Assembly (NCBI GenBank): GCA_030141605.1
Contig: JAQGDQ010002084.1
Coordinates: forward strand, 1-15,486
DNA length: 15,486 nt
Source of the DNA: Tubiluchus corallicola
Lineage: Eukaryota > Animalia > Priapulida
Direction: 5' to 3'
Below are positions 1 through 9,347 of this stretch, piece by piece (within the stretch, counting starts at the first letter, position 1; the number at the start of each line of letters is the position of its first letter). Below the pieces are notes generated by a model that was given only the letters and a program-made list of their open reading frames with translations, was not told where the DNA came from and made no database searches. The position numbers and the translations under genes were made by a program.

Positions 1-453
1 ATTAAAGGCAAAGTCAACTTGAAATGTGAGTTAAAATGATCTCACTAATCCAAGCCCTGTAGAAAAGGTAAATGAAAATTGTGCATTAAAGGCAAAGTCA
101 ACTTGAAATGTGAGTTAAAATGATCTCACTAATCCAAGCCCTGTAGAAAAGGTAAATGAAAATTGTGCATTAAAGGCAAAGTCAACTTGAAATGTGAGTT
201 AAAATGATCTCACTAATCCAAGCCCTGTAGAAAAGGTAAATGAAAATTGTGCATTAAAGGCAAAGTCAACTTGAAATGTGAGTTAAAATGATCTCACTAA
301 TCCAAGCCCTGTAGAAAAGGTAAATGAAAATTGTGCATTAAAGGCAAAGTCAACTTGAAATGTGAGTTAAAATGATCTCACTAATCCAAGCCCTGTAGAA
401 AAGGTAAATGAAAATTGTGCATTAAAGGCAAAGTCAACTTGAAATGTGAGTTA
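1..453. repeat. Tandem array, 84-bp unit, at least 5.4 identical copies (runs off the left edge)
   Basis: Unit attaaaggcaaagtcaacttgaaatgtgag...gaaaattgtgc restarts at 1, 85, 169, 253, 337 and 421, with no differences seen between copies. Confidence 0.97.
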
Positions 454-563
454 TAATCATCTGTTTGATAGTTAATCACTGTTTGATCAACACACATTGG
501 AGAAGTTGCCACTATTACCATACTTTGCAGCTTATGAACAAAAATTATTGATTTTTCACTTAC

Positions 564-781
564 ATCAGCTCACGGAAATTGCTGAAATACGACTGCAGGT
601 TCTCCGACTCCACAAGTTTGGATTTCTTCTGTTTCGTCTGCTGCATGAGCGACTGCCACTTCTCCACGGCTTCCTCCTGTTTGCTCTGAACGTGTTCGGA
701 CGCGTCCGGAAATTCAGAACACAGACGACCGCCATTGTCCTTAATATTGTTCAGCTGTTCGTTGATAGCGTGCAAGTCTTG
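564..781 (-). CDS. SPTBN5: betaH-spectrin exon I (QDLHAINEQL...LQSYFSNFREL; phase 0 to 2)
   Basis: Acceptor cttacag| and donor |gtaagt. 218 nt = 72 codons + 2 nt. Contained in ORF 560-796. Confidence 0.95.
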
Positions 782-800
782 CTGTAAGATTGACAAATAA

Positions 801-1255
801 ATACTGCAAAAGTCTTTCTGATTATTATATAATAGATTAAAAACTTAATTGACAGCGGGCGAGCACAACTATTGATGACATCACAAACTAACATCTTTTT
901 CAACGGCAAAAATATTCTGCACATGTTTGCAAAAGTATGCGTTTGCGCTAGTAAAATCAAGCAAGTTTTAAGATAAAAATTCAAATTTCAAATTCACCGC
1001 TGTACTGTCGCACGAGCTGTCGAACGTGTGCAGTTCATCACAAACGAACACATCTGAACTCAAAGGTACAGCACCTGATTTTTGTACAATGCATTTCCGA
1101 AATGCAGGCGCTACTGCCCATATAACTAGCGAATGGCGAAATACAAGCAACAGAAAAGAACTAGTGGCTCGAACGAGAAATTGTGTTTGTGTGGTAATGA
1201 TTCTTTCACGTAAGTCGTGCTTGAATAAATAGTTTGTTTCCTTTCAATATTTTAA
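801..1255 (-). mobile_element. Interspersed repeat family X, copy 1 (probable non-autonomous DNA transposon fragment)
   Basis: Its reverse complement aligns colinearly with 5345-5838. Shared blocks include ttaaaatattgaaaggaaaca, tacgtgaaagaat.attaccacacaaa, gccactagttcttt, acagcggtgaatttgaaatttgaattttta and gatgtcatcaatagttg. No termini recognised, and strand is only relative to copy 2. Confidence 0.75.
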
Positions 1256-1435
1256 TTATTTTAGATCGTCCATACAAGTGCTTTGGATACCATTACTAAA
1301 AATAGACCATAGGTGTTTTGTGGGTCGAGAGATGTGGCTGCATTCAATGTTTTGCGATTGTGGTCAGCAATATCTTCGAATAATGAGTCATTGCACAAAT
1401 AATATATTGATACATCTAAGCGTGTCACCCCAGCC

Positions 1436-1515
1436 CTCGTTTATAACGCGCACCCAAACTTTGAGTTCTTTTTTAGATAGAAAATTTTGCGCGTTATACT
1501 CGAATAAATACGGTA
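1436..1515. mobile_element. Solo terminus of a Tc1/mariner-superfamily (Tc2/pogo-like) MITE
   Basis: Reads TA|CCGTATTTATTCGAGTATAACGCGCA on the minus strand, the typical TA+CCGTAT end. It has an internal inverted pair tataacgcgca (1442-1452) / tgcgcgttata (1488-1498). The opposite end is not seen. Confidence 0.6.
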
Positions 1516-1670
1516 ACCATATTCTTAATAACCAGTTGTATATATCTGTTCTCAACTAAAATCTATTTGTTGCACAGTGGAAAAACTCCGATCAGTAATA
1601 TTACTAGCTGTCAATCCACTTAAAATAAATCAAATTTATATTAAAAAAAATTAAAAATTTACAGTACTAC

Positions 1671-1826
1671 CTCAAATGTACTATGTTTGCGTTGCAGTAC
1701 TTCCACGGTGTCCAAATCCTGACCGTAGTCGTCCGTGAACAATGCGGCTTCTTTCTCCTGCATCCAAGCTATGGCTTCGTCAGTGTCGCGGTCGAATGCG
1801 TGAATTTGTTTCGCACCTTCCAAAGC
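1671..1826 (-). CDS. SPTBN5: betaH-spectrin exon H (ALEGAKQIHAFDRDTDEAIAWMQEKE...RKHSTFE)
   Basis: Acceptor attatag| and donor |gtagta. 156 nt = 52 codons, phase 0-0. Not in the supplied ORF list. Confidence 0.93.
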
Positions 1827-1912
1827 CTATAATAGCAAATATTTTTACGAACGTTACCGGACTATCAAACCGTGCATTTGATACATATGAAATAAAACCG
1901 TGTAGGAAGGAG

Positions 1913-4016
1913 TACAGTAAGCCCCAGTTTAACGACGTTTTGTTTTAACAACGCTGAACATTTGACACTTCTACAGTAAGTCCCAGTTTAACGACGTTTT
2001 GTGTTGACAACGCTGAACATTTGACACTTCAACAGTAAGCCCCAGTTTAACGACGTTTTGTGTTGACAACGCTGAACATTTGACACTTCTACAGTAAGTC
2101 CCAGTTTAACGACGTTTTGTGTTAACAGCGCTGAACATTTGACACTTCAACAGTAAGCCCCAGTTTAACGACGTTTTGTGTTGACAACGCTGAACACTTG
2201 ACACTTCTACAGTAAGTCCCAGTTTAACGACGTTTTGTTTTAACAATGCTGAACACTTGACACTTCTACAGTAAGTCCCAGTTTAACAACGCTGAACACT
2301 TGACACTTCTACAGTAAGCCCCAGTTTAACAACGCTGAACATTTGACACTTCTACAGTAAGCCCCAGTTTAACAACGCTGAACATTTGACACTTCTACAG
2401 CAAGCCCCAGTTTAACAACGCTGAACATTTGACACTTCTACAGTAAGTCCCAGTTTAACGACGTTTTGTGTTAACAACGCTGAACATTTGACACTTCTAC
2501 AGTAAGTCCCAGTTTCACGACGTTTTGTGTTAACAACGCTGAACATTTGACACTTCTACAGTAAGCCCCAGTTTAACGACGTTTTGTGTTAACAACGCTG
2601 AACATTTGACACTTCTACAGTAAGCCCCAGTTTAACGACGTTTTGTGTTAACAACGCTGAACATTTGACACTTCTACAGTAAGTCCCAGTTTCACGACGT
2701 TTTGTGTTAACAACGCTGAACATTTTACACTTCTACAATAAGTCCCAGTTTAACAACGCTGAACATTTGACACTTCTACAGTAAGCCCCAGTTTAACGAC
2801 GTTTTGTTTTAACAACGCTGAACATTTGACACTTCTACAGTAAGCCCCAGTTTAACGACGTTTTGTTTTAACAACGCTGAACATTTGACACTTCTACAGT
2901 AAGCCCCAGTTTAACGACGCTGAACATTTGACACTTCTACAGTAAGCCCCAGTTTAACAACGCTGAACATTTGACACTTCTACAGCAAGCCCCAGTTTAA
3001 CGACGCTGAACATTTGACACTTCTACAGTAAGCCCCAGTTTAACGACGCTGAACATTTGACACTTCTACAGTAAGCCCCAGTTTAACAACGCTGAACATT
3101 TGACACTTCTACAGCAAGCCCCAGTTTAACAACGCTGAACATTTGACACTTCTACAGTAAGTCCCAGTTTAACGACGTTTTGTGTTAACAACGCTGAACA
3201 TTTGACACTTCTACAGTAAGTCCCAGTTTCACGACGTTTTGTGTTAACAACGCTGAACATTTGACACTTCTACAGTAAGCCCCAGTTTAACGACGTTTTG
3301 TGTTAACTACGCTGAACATTTGACACTTCTACAGTAAGCCCCAGTTTAACGACGTTTTGTGTTAACAACGCTGAACATTTGACACTTCTACAGTAAGTCC
3401 CAGTTTCACGACGTTTTGTGTTAACAACGCTGAACATTTTACACTTCTACAATAAGTCCCAGTTTAACGACGCTGAACATTTGACACTTCTACAGTAAGC
3501 CCCAGTTTAACGACGGTTTGTTTTAACAACGCTGAACATTTTACACTTCTACAGTAAGCCCCAGTTTAACGACGTTTTGTTTTAATGATGCTGAACACTT
3601 GACACTTCTACAGTAAGCCCCAGTTTAACGACGCTGAACATTTGACACTTCTACAGTAAGCCCCAGTTTAACAACGCTGAACATTTGACACTTCTACAGT
3701 AAGCCCCAGTTTAACGACGCTGAACATTTGACACTTCTACAGTAAGCCCCAGTTTAACGATGTTGAACATTTGACACTTCTACAGTAAGCCCCAGTTTAA
3801 CAACGCTGAACATTTGACACTTCTACAGTAAGCCACAGTTTAACAACGCTGAACATTTGACACTTCTACAGTAAGCCCCAGTTTAACGACGCTGAACATT
3901 TGACACTTCTACAGTAAGCCCCGGTTTAACGACGCTGAACATTTGACACTTCTACAGTAAGCCCCGGTTTAACGACGCTGAACATTTGACACTTCTATAG
4001 TAAGCCCCAGTTTAAC
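1913..4016. repeat. Minisatellite with interspersed 43-bp and 59-bp unit variants, about 2.1 kb
   Basis: Core unit tacagtaagccccagtttaacaacgctgaacatttgacacttc (43 bp). The long form carries an extra 16 bp (gacgttttgtgttaac). An internal block is duplicated at an offset of 714 bp. Confidence 0.97.
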
Positions 4017-4035
4017 TGAAAGTGAATATTGAAAA

Positions 4036-4131
4036 TTACTGAAAGTTTCCGTTATGAAACTTAATAATTTTTGACGACAACGAAACTCAACAGAAAGCGC
4101 AATTATCGACAAATCATAATGAAATTTCCAT
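4036..4131 (+). repeat. Interspersed repeat family Y, fragment 1
   Basis: ttactgaaagtttccgttatgaaacttaataatttttgacga...ttatcgacaaa matches 15158-15256 in the same orientation. Confidence 0.7.
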
Positions 4132-4184
4132 TTTGGTAGCATTCCTAATTCGAAGCTCTGCTCGGGTAAATCAATAAAACGTAC

Positions 4185-4376
4185 CTCTTTTCTGGCTTGA
4201 GCCTGCTCTTTCAAATCCGCCCACAGCTGGTTCACCTCGTTTATGGTGCTGGTGATGATCTGTGATTGGGGGTGACCTCGTTGACACAGCTCTCGCGCGA
4301 AATCGTCCACCTCTTTCTGACGTGCCTCCTCGTTGGCAAGTTCAGACATGAAATTATCAAACTTTTCTTCCACAAC
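4185..4376 (-). CDS. SPTBN5: betaH-spectrin exon G (VVEEKFDNFM...LWADLKEQAQARKE)
   Basis: Acceptor gtttcag| and donor |gtacgt. 192 nt = 64 codons, phase 0-0. Contained in ORF 3969-4424. Confidence 0.95.
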
Positions 4377-4523
4377 CTGAAACAAGTTAATCAAATCTTG
4401 TAAGACTAAGAAAACAAGACACAAGCAATTTTATGACGTCGATTCTTGTAGCAATTTTTCAATTACTAATCGGGGCAAGAATTTAATGCCAGTCCTCCCG
4501 AAAATTCTGCTAAACCGCTAGAG

Positions 4524-4985
4524 CAGGGGTGTGCAAATTATCTGACTAGCCGGGCCACATTAAACTTTCCCACAATTCCTGCGGGCCACAGGCAGTTTGG
4601 TCAAGGAGCCAAGGTACAGAAAGGCCTAATAACGATTTTTTTTGCGTCCGCCCTGCGTACATCATTACGACTACACTCAAGAAACTATTTTAAAAGTTAT
4701 TAAAATTTATATTACAAACCATATATTTCTACTTTCAGGACAGATAGTGGTAATTTCATTACAATGCATATTAGTAATGTGTATCACACAGTGTGCGTAG
4801 TACAGTGACATTAAGCTACAACCGTCTTGTAAGGGTTAGTGGCATCCGATCTAGTAGAAAAAACTAACCGCACTATCTTTGGGATCGTGGCACGGACTTC
4901 AGCTGGATACACTCAATTAATCGCCCGGGCCGCACTTTCATTAGGTTGACAAATGTCTTCGCGGGCCGCAATTTGCACACCCCTG
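4524..4985. mobile_element. hAT (Charlie-like) MITE, 462 bp, complete
   Basis: Perfect 16-bp TIRs caggggtgtgcaaatt (4524-4539) / aatttgcacacccctg (4970-4985). 8-bp TSD cgctagag (4516-4523) / cactagag (4986-4993), 7/8 identical and close to the Charlie NTCTAGAN target. Subterminal cgggcc(a/g)c motifs occur near both ends. No ORF. Confidence 0.92.
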
Positions 4986-5344
4986 CACTAGAGGACAGGC
5001 AGAAATCAGCACATCAGGCCCCGTGTTCAATAAGGCCGGTCACAAAACAATAGTTTCTGTCTTACTTCATGAGCTCAATAGATGGCAGCAGGGAGGGAAG
5101 AAAAGTTTTTTAAAGCTTTGCAAATGCTTAAAGCTTCACAAAGCAGCAATGAAAAATAAAAACAGAGTCGTTCAGGAGTTTTCATGAAAATGATTTGAAT
5201 CAGCAGCTTACTTTTAACTACAAATTAGACAGAAAATAATCACAGTGTATAAAGAAAAATATGTTGTAATGTTGTCAAATCGCTGTGGGAAATTAAAGCA
5301 AAACCGGACTCCATCTTAAACTGCAGGTCAAGACAATCTACTCT

Positions 5345-5838
5345 TTAAAATATTGAAAGGAAACATACTATTTTTCAGAAATGACCTACGTGAAAGAATT
5401 ATTACCACACAAATGTAATTTAACATTCGCGCCACTAGTTCTTTGCCATTACATGCATTTTGCTGTTCGCTAGTTAGGCGGGCACTAGCGCCTATATTTT
5501 GGAAGAACGTTGCGGAAAAAAAGCTGCTGTACCTGTCAGTTCAGATGTTTTAGTTTGTGACGAACTACACACGTTCGGCAGCTGATGCATGAGCACAGCG
5601 GTGAATTTGAAATTTGAATTTTTAATTTAAAATTTGCCTACTTTTACTACAACACACCGAAGGTCTTACAGTAGTACAGTACTCCAATTTTCACTTTCGC
5701 GAACACATGCAACACGCTTGTGGAATTTTTTTGTTGTTAGAAATTATGTTAGTTTGCGATGTCATCAATAGTTGGGCTCGCACGCTGTTAGTCAAGATTT
5801 TAATCTATTATTTAATTATCAGAAACACTTTTGAGTAT
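5345..5838 (+). mobile_element. Interspersed repeat family X, copy 2 (inverted relative to 801-1255)
   Basis: Colinear homology with the reverse complement of 801-1255, with roughly 40 extra bases around 5650-5695. Confidence 0.75.
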
Positions 5839-5966
5839 CAACTGTGTTAAAATGTGTACTTTTTATCAGACTTGGAAATGAGGTAGTACATAAAAATCAT
5901 CCTGTCTTTCTTTAAGTTGGTTATATCAGAAATGTTTTGCACTAAAATGACTTTTCCCGTCATTAC

Positions 5967-6149
5967 CTCGACGTGTTCCACATCTTTCCCGTAATCTTCG
6001 GATGCTGCCAGGGGCTCTTTCTCTTCTATCCAAGCTTTCAATTCATCAGCTTCTCGCAAGAATGTCAGAAGATGCAAATTATCCGTGAGCAGCTTCCTCC
6101 GGGTTTTAGCCAGATCCTGTAGCTGGGTGTACTTTGCGTCTATAACTTC
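5967..6149 (-). CDS. SPTBN5: betaH-spectrin exon F (EVIDAKYTQL...ASEDYGKDVEHVE)
   Basis: Acceptor ttacgcag| and donor |gtaatg. 183 nt = 61 codons, phase 0-0. Overlaps ORF 5847-6077 in frame. Confidence 0.95.
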
Positions 6150-6188
6150 CTGCGTAAATGAAATTTGCTCATAATAAAGACACGTTCA

Positions 6189-6731
6189 CTATAGAGCAAT
6201 GAACAATGTTCAATTTTGTCGTTCATGGTACAGTAATGACAGCATAAAACTACAGAGTAGTGAACTATGTTCAATTGTGTCGTGCATGGTACAGCAATGA
6301 CAGCATAAAACTATGGGGCAGTGAACAATGTTCAATTTTGTCGTGCATGGTACAGTAATGACAGCATAAAACTATAGGGCAGCGAACAATGTTAAATTTT
6401 GTCATGCATGGTACAGCATTGACAGTATAAAACTTTAGAGCAGTGAACAATGTTCAATTGTGTCGTGCATGGTACAGCAATGACAGCATAAAACTATAGA
6501 GCAGTGAACAATGTTCAATTGTGTCGTGCATGGTACAGCAATGACAGCATAAAACTATACGGCAGTGAACAATGTTCAATTGTGTCATGCATGGTACAGC
6601 ATTGACAGCATAAAACTATACGGCAGTGAACAATGTTCAATTTTGTCATGCATGGTACAGCATTGACAGCATAAAACTATACGGCAGTGAACAATGTTCA
6701 ATTTTGTCATGCATGGTACAGCAATGTCAAC
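6189..6731. repeat. Tandem array, 61-bp unit, about 9 copies
   Basis: Unit ctatagagcagtgaacaatgttcaattgtgtcgtgcatggtacagcaatgacagcataaaa, period 61 (e.g. 6495 vs 6556). Each unit contains the inverted motif tgaaca-a-tgttca. Confidence 0.95.
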
Positions 6732-6800
6732 GTAGACTTTAGGTAGAGTTTTAATTTAGCATAATTAATTTCAGTTTAAATATGAGGTAAGAAACTCATC

Positions 6801-7177
6801 CCTGTTGAACTGAAAATGAAAAAAACAACTCTGAATGCTAGGTGACTCGTATGGAATGGGTAACGGCAAAAAAAAACATGCTGGTATAAAACTTTAAAAA
6901 CAGATTATTAACCTAATAAACACACTAGCAACATTTCAAGCTAATTATGAAGTAAAAAACTGATGCCTGTTCGATTGAAAAAAACAAAAAAAACAAATGT
7001 GAATGCTAGATGACTCGTATGGAGTGGATAATCACAAAAAACATATCAGTATAAAAACTTAAGCTCTGGTTTTTAACCTAGTCAATACACTAGCAACATT
7101 TCAAGCTAAGATGATTCCTGTCCAACTAAAAATAAATAAAGACCGCAAATGCTAGGTGACTCGTATGGAGCGGGTAA
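6801..7177. repeat. Old diverged tandem repeat, about 150-165 bp unit, about 2.4 copies
   Basis: Units start with cctgt at 6801, 6966 and 7117. The core aatgctag(g/a)tgactcgtatgga is conserved at 6834, 7002 and 7148, and acactagcaacatttcaagctaa occurs twice. Confidence 0.85.
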
Positions 7178-7407
7178 TTTTTTAGAAATTTTGACTACTT
7201 CGGCAGACCCAGGATGTATAATGCGGTCATAAATTCAATTTTAAATGCAATGAACGCAAACTGCCGATAGCTAATGAACAATGCTAAGCCTTAACTAGTA
7301 CACTACAGTACATATAACAGGTCTAATACACAGGTAGCATTATACTTTTTTTATATATGATAGAAATTTAATTTTTGGGGGTGGCACGCATGGGGACCAA
7401 TGGGGAG

Positions 7408-7652
7408 GGGCATTAACAACTGATAGGCGGTCTCAAAAATGCTTTTGCCTAGGGTGTGAAACTACCTAGGGCATTAACAACTGATAGGCGGTCTCAAAAA
7501 TGCTTTTGCCTAGGGTGTGAAACTACCTAGGGCATTAACAACTGATAGGCGGTCTCAAAAATGCTTTTGCCTAGGGTGTGAAACTACCTAGGGCATTAAC
7601 AACTGATAGGCGGTCTCAAAAATGCTTTTGCCTAGGGTGTGAAACTACCTAG
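7408..7652. repeat. Tandem array, 61-bp unit, 4 identical copies (unrelated to the 6189-6731 unit)
   Basis: Unit gggcattaacaactgataggcggtctcaaaaatgcttttgcctagggtgtgaaactaccta; cattaac recurs at 7411, 7472, 7533 and 7594. Confidence 0.96.
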
Positions 7653-7751
7653 AGCCTTGTTTATGAGAGAGATACGACTTAGCAACGTACTCATATGAAC
7701 TGTATATGCATTAAACAAGTGAACGTGCTTAGAATTCAAAGATTCACGCAC

Positions 7752-7886
7752 CTTCTGTTGTCCAATGTTCTCGCTGTCAAAATGGCCGCTGTTCATGAGC
7801 GCTTGACTGTGGATGCCGAGCTTTTTCATCGTCGCGCCAAAATTCTCGATGTCGATGTCGACGGTGTCCAGCTTCTTCATCAGCGC
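7752..7886 (-). CDS. SPTBN5: betaH-spectrin exon E (ALMKKLDTVD...GHFDSENIGQQK)
   Basis: Acceptor tttacag| and donor |gtgcgt. 135 nt = 45 codons, phase 0-0. Contained in ORF 7632-7904. Confidence 0.95.
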
Positions 7887-8297
7887 CTGTAAACAAGTAA
7901 ACAAATAAACAAGTAAATAAGATGATGCCGTACATTGTACGCAACAAAATAGCAGGCCTTACACAATGTAGTTGCATGATCATTAAGAAAATATAAATGG
8001 TTAACTTTAATTTATTATTTGTCTGTTTGCATAGCAAAATCGTCCGTAAGCTTTTCTAGTTATTCACGTATCCTGAATCTGCATTTCATGAGGATCATCT
8101 TGGTACCAAGTTCATCACTCTATGTTATTTCTAAGCTGAAATAATCCATGTTGAAGTTGAGGTGCAGGCTGCACACTGAAAAACATAATCTTGAGAAAAT
8201 CACTGTTAAGTCAGTCATTGTTTTTTGTCGCGTTTCTGCAAAACACTTAGCAACCGTACGAAAGTGTGGTTGCTATGGACTTTGTAATAACGCATTG

Positions 8298-8629
8298 ATT
8301 CCATGTCAATTCACCCAAAATTTTGGATCATCTCCACCCGACAATCTCAGATTTTCATGTCGCCGTTATTAGTCCTTACAAGAATAGATTATGTTCAAGA
8401 TTTTAGATGAATCGGTCCACATGTTCAAAGTTATGACAATTTGAAATTTTAGGCAAACGTGAAAGGGTGCGAAAATTCCAAAATTTCAAATTGTAATAAC
8501 GTTTGAACAGATGGACCGATTAATGTATAATTTTGAACATAAACTATTCTCATAAGGCCTAATAACCACGCCATCAAAATCCAAAATGCTCGGGTGGGGA
8601 TCACTGTGTAAATTGACATGGAATGATCC
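8298..8629. mobile_element. Foldback/palindromic MITE-like element (about 150-bp inverted arms, 29-nt spacer)
   Basis: Nested inverted pairs: attccatgtcaatt (8298-8311) with aattgacatggaat (8611-8624), ccacccga with tcgggtgg, aatcggtcca with tggaccgatt, and acaatttgaaatttt (8436-8450) with aaaatttcaaattgt (8480-8494). The outermost termini and TSD are degraded, so the superfamily is uncertain. Confidence 0.8.
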
Positions 8630-8819
8630 TTTATGAAGTGTCAATATTTTACACAAAGACAAAAAGAAACTGCTCTAAGATTTTCTGATGCTTTCAAATC
8701 TTCCTTAGTCGGGTGTGAAGGTGTCATTTGTGAAGAGTCTGGAACTTGACCTTTTGACCTTTTGGGTGCTTGGTCAGGTACTCTTTATTTGACTTTAAAT
8801 CAACGTAATCATAATTAGT

Positions 8820-8937
8820 ACTACGGCCAAATCACGTTGAAAACACCGGTTCTCGTATGGTCACCGAACTTAAGCAGCATAGAGCCTGGTGCTACTTGGA
8901 TGGGTGACCACCTAGGAAAACCAGGTGCTGTAGGCTT
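8820..8937 (+). pseudogene. 5S rRNA-derived head of SINE copy 1 (not a functional 5S gene)
   Basis: Near full-length match to invertebrate 5S (ctacggcca..cacgttgaaaacaccggttctcgt....tcaccgaa.ttaagca...acttggatgggtgacc.cct.ggaa.acc.ggtgctgtaggctt). Box A is altered (acttaagc, 8868-8875), there is a 1-nt deletion before box C (8896-8912), and no oligo-T follows. Confidence 0.9.
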
Positions 8938-9347
8938 GCAGGATGCCCACACTGTATCTCGACACTAGGCGGAGGAGCTGCACAAGCAGCCAACGGCTAG
9001 AGAGCGGAGGAGGTCAAGTGACCCAACGGCCATGTGTAGAGGAGTAAGTCTTCCAAATCAGGAGTAGAGCCCCGAAGGCGGACCAGTGCAGCATGCTCAC
9101 TGACTCCGGCAGCTCCTGCAGCCAACCTGGTGCCAAACGTATCGCTCCGCTTTCCTTTGGACTACACCAGGGAGGAAGAGAGGAGGTTCCTATTGTCTGG
9201 GCAACTCAGGATCTCCATACACCTTGCCCAGGCGTGCGTCCTGGAGACGTTCAAGGATGGGACTGCTCAGCCACAGTCGATGCTGCAGCTCCATCTGACT
9301 CTCTTGGCGCACACTCCATTGTCTTCAGAGACAGAAGGATGCAAACA
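8820..9347 (+). mobile_element. 5S rRNA-derived SINE (SINE3) with RTE-like body and tail, copy 1 (528 bp)
   Basis: The 5S head (8820-8937) has no T-run terminator after it. The body is shared with 14461-14946 and ends in a short caa-type tail. TSD aatcataatta at 8807-8817 and 9348-9358. A fossil RTE ORF end RSRMGLLSHSRCCSSI* lies at 9248-9298. Confidence 0.9.

Noticed and set aside
697-708. 12-bp palindrome cggacgcgtccg
   Set aside because: It lies within exon I codons (P-D-A-S) and is compatible with chance.
5075-5090. CTCF-like motif tcaatagatggcagca
   Set aside because: It has two mismatches in the CCASYAG half and no independent support.
8820-8937. Functional 5S rRNA genes at 8820 and 14461
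   Set aside because: There is no oligo-T terminator, the two heads differ at about 13 positions, and both continue into a shared body bounded by TSDs. They are SINE heads.
8938-9040. HDV-like self-cleaving ribozyme at the start of the RTE-like body
   Set aside because: Some RTE 5' UTRs carry such ribozymes, but I could not assemble a convincing P1/P1.1/P2/P3 pseudoknot shared by both copies. An RNArobo or Infernal search would be needed.
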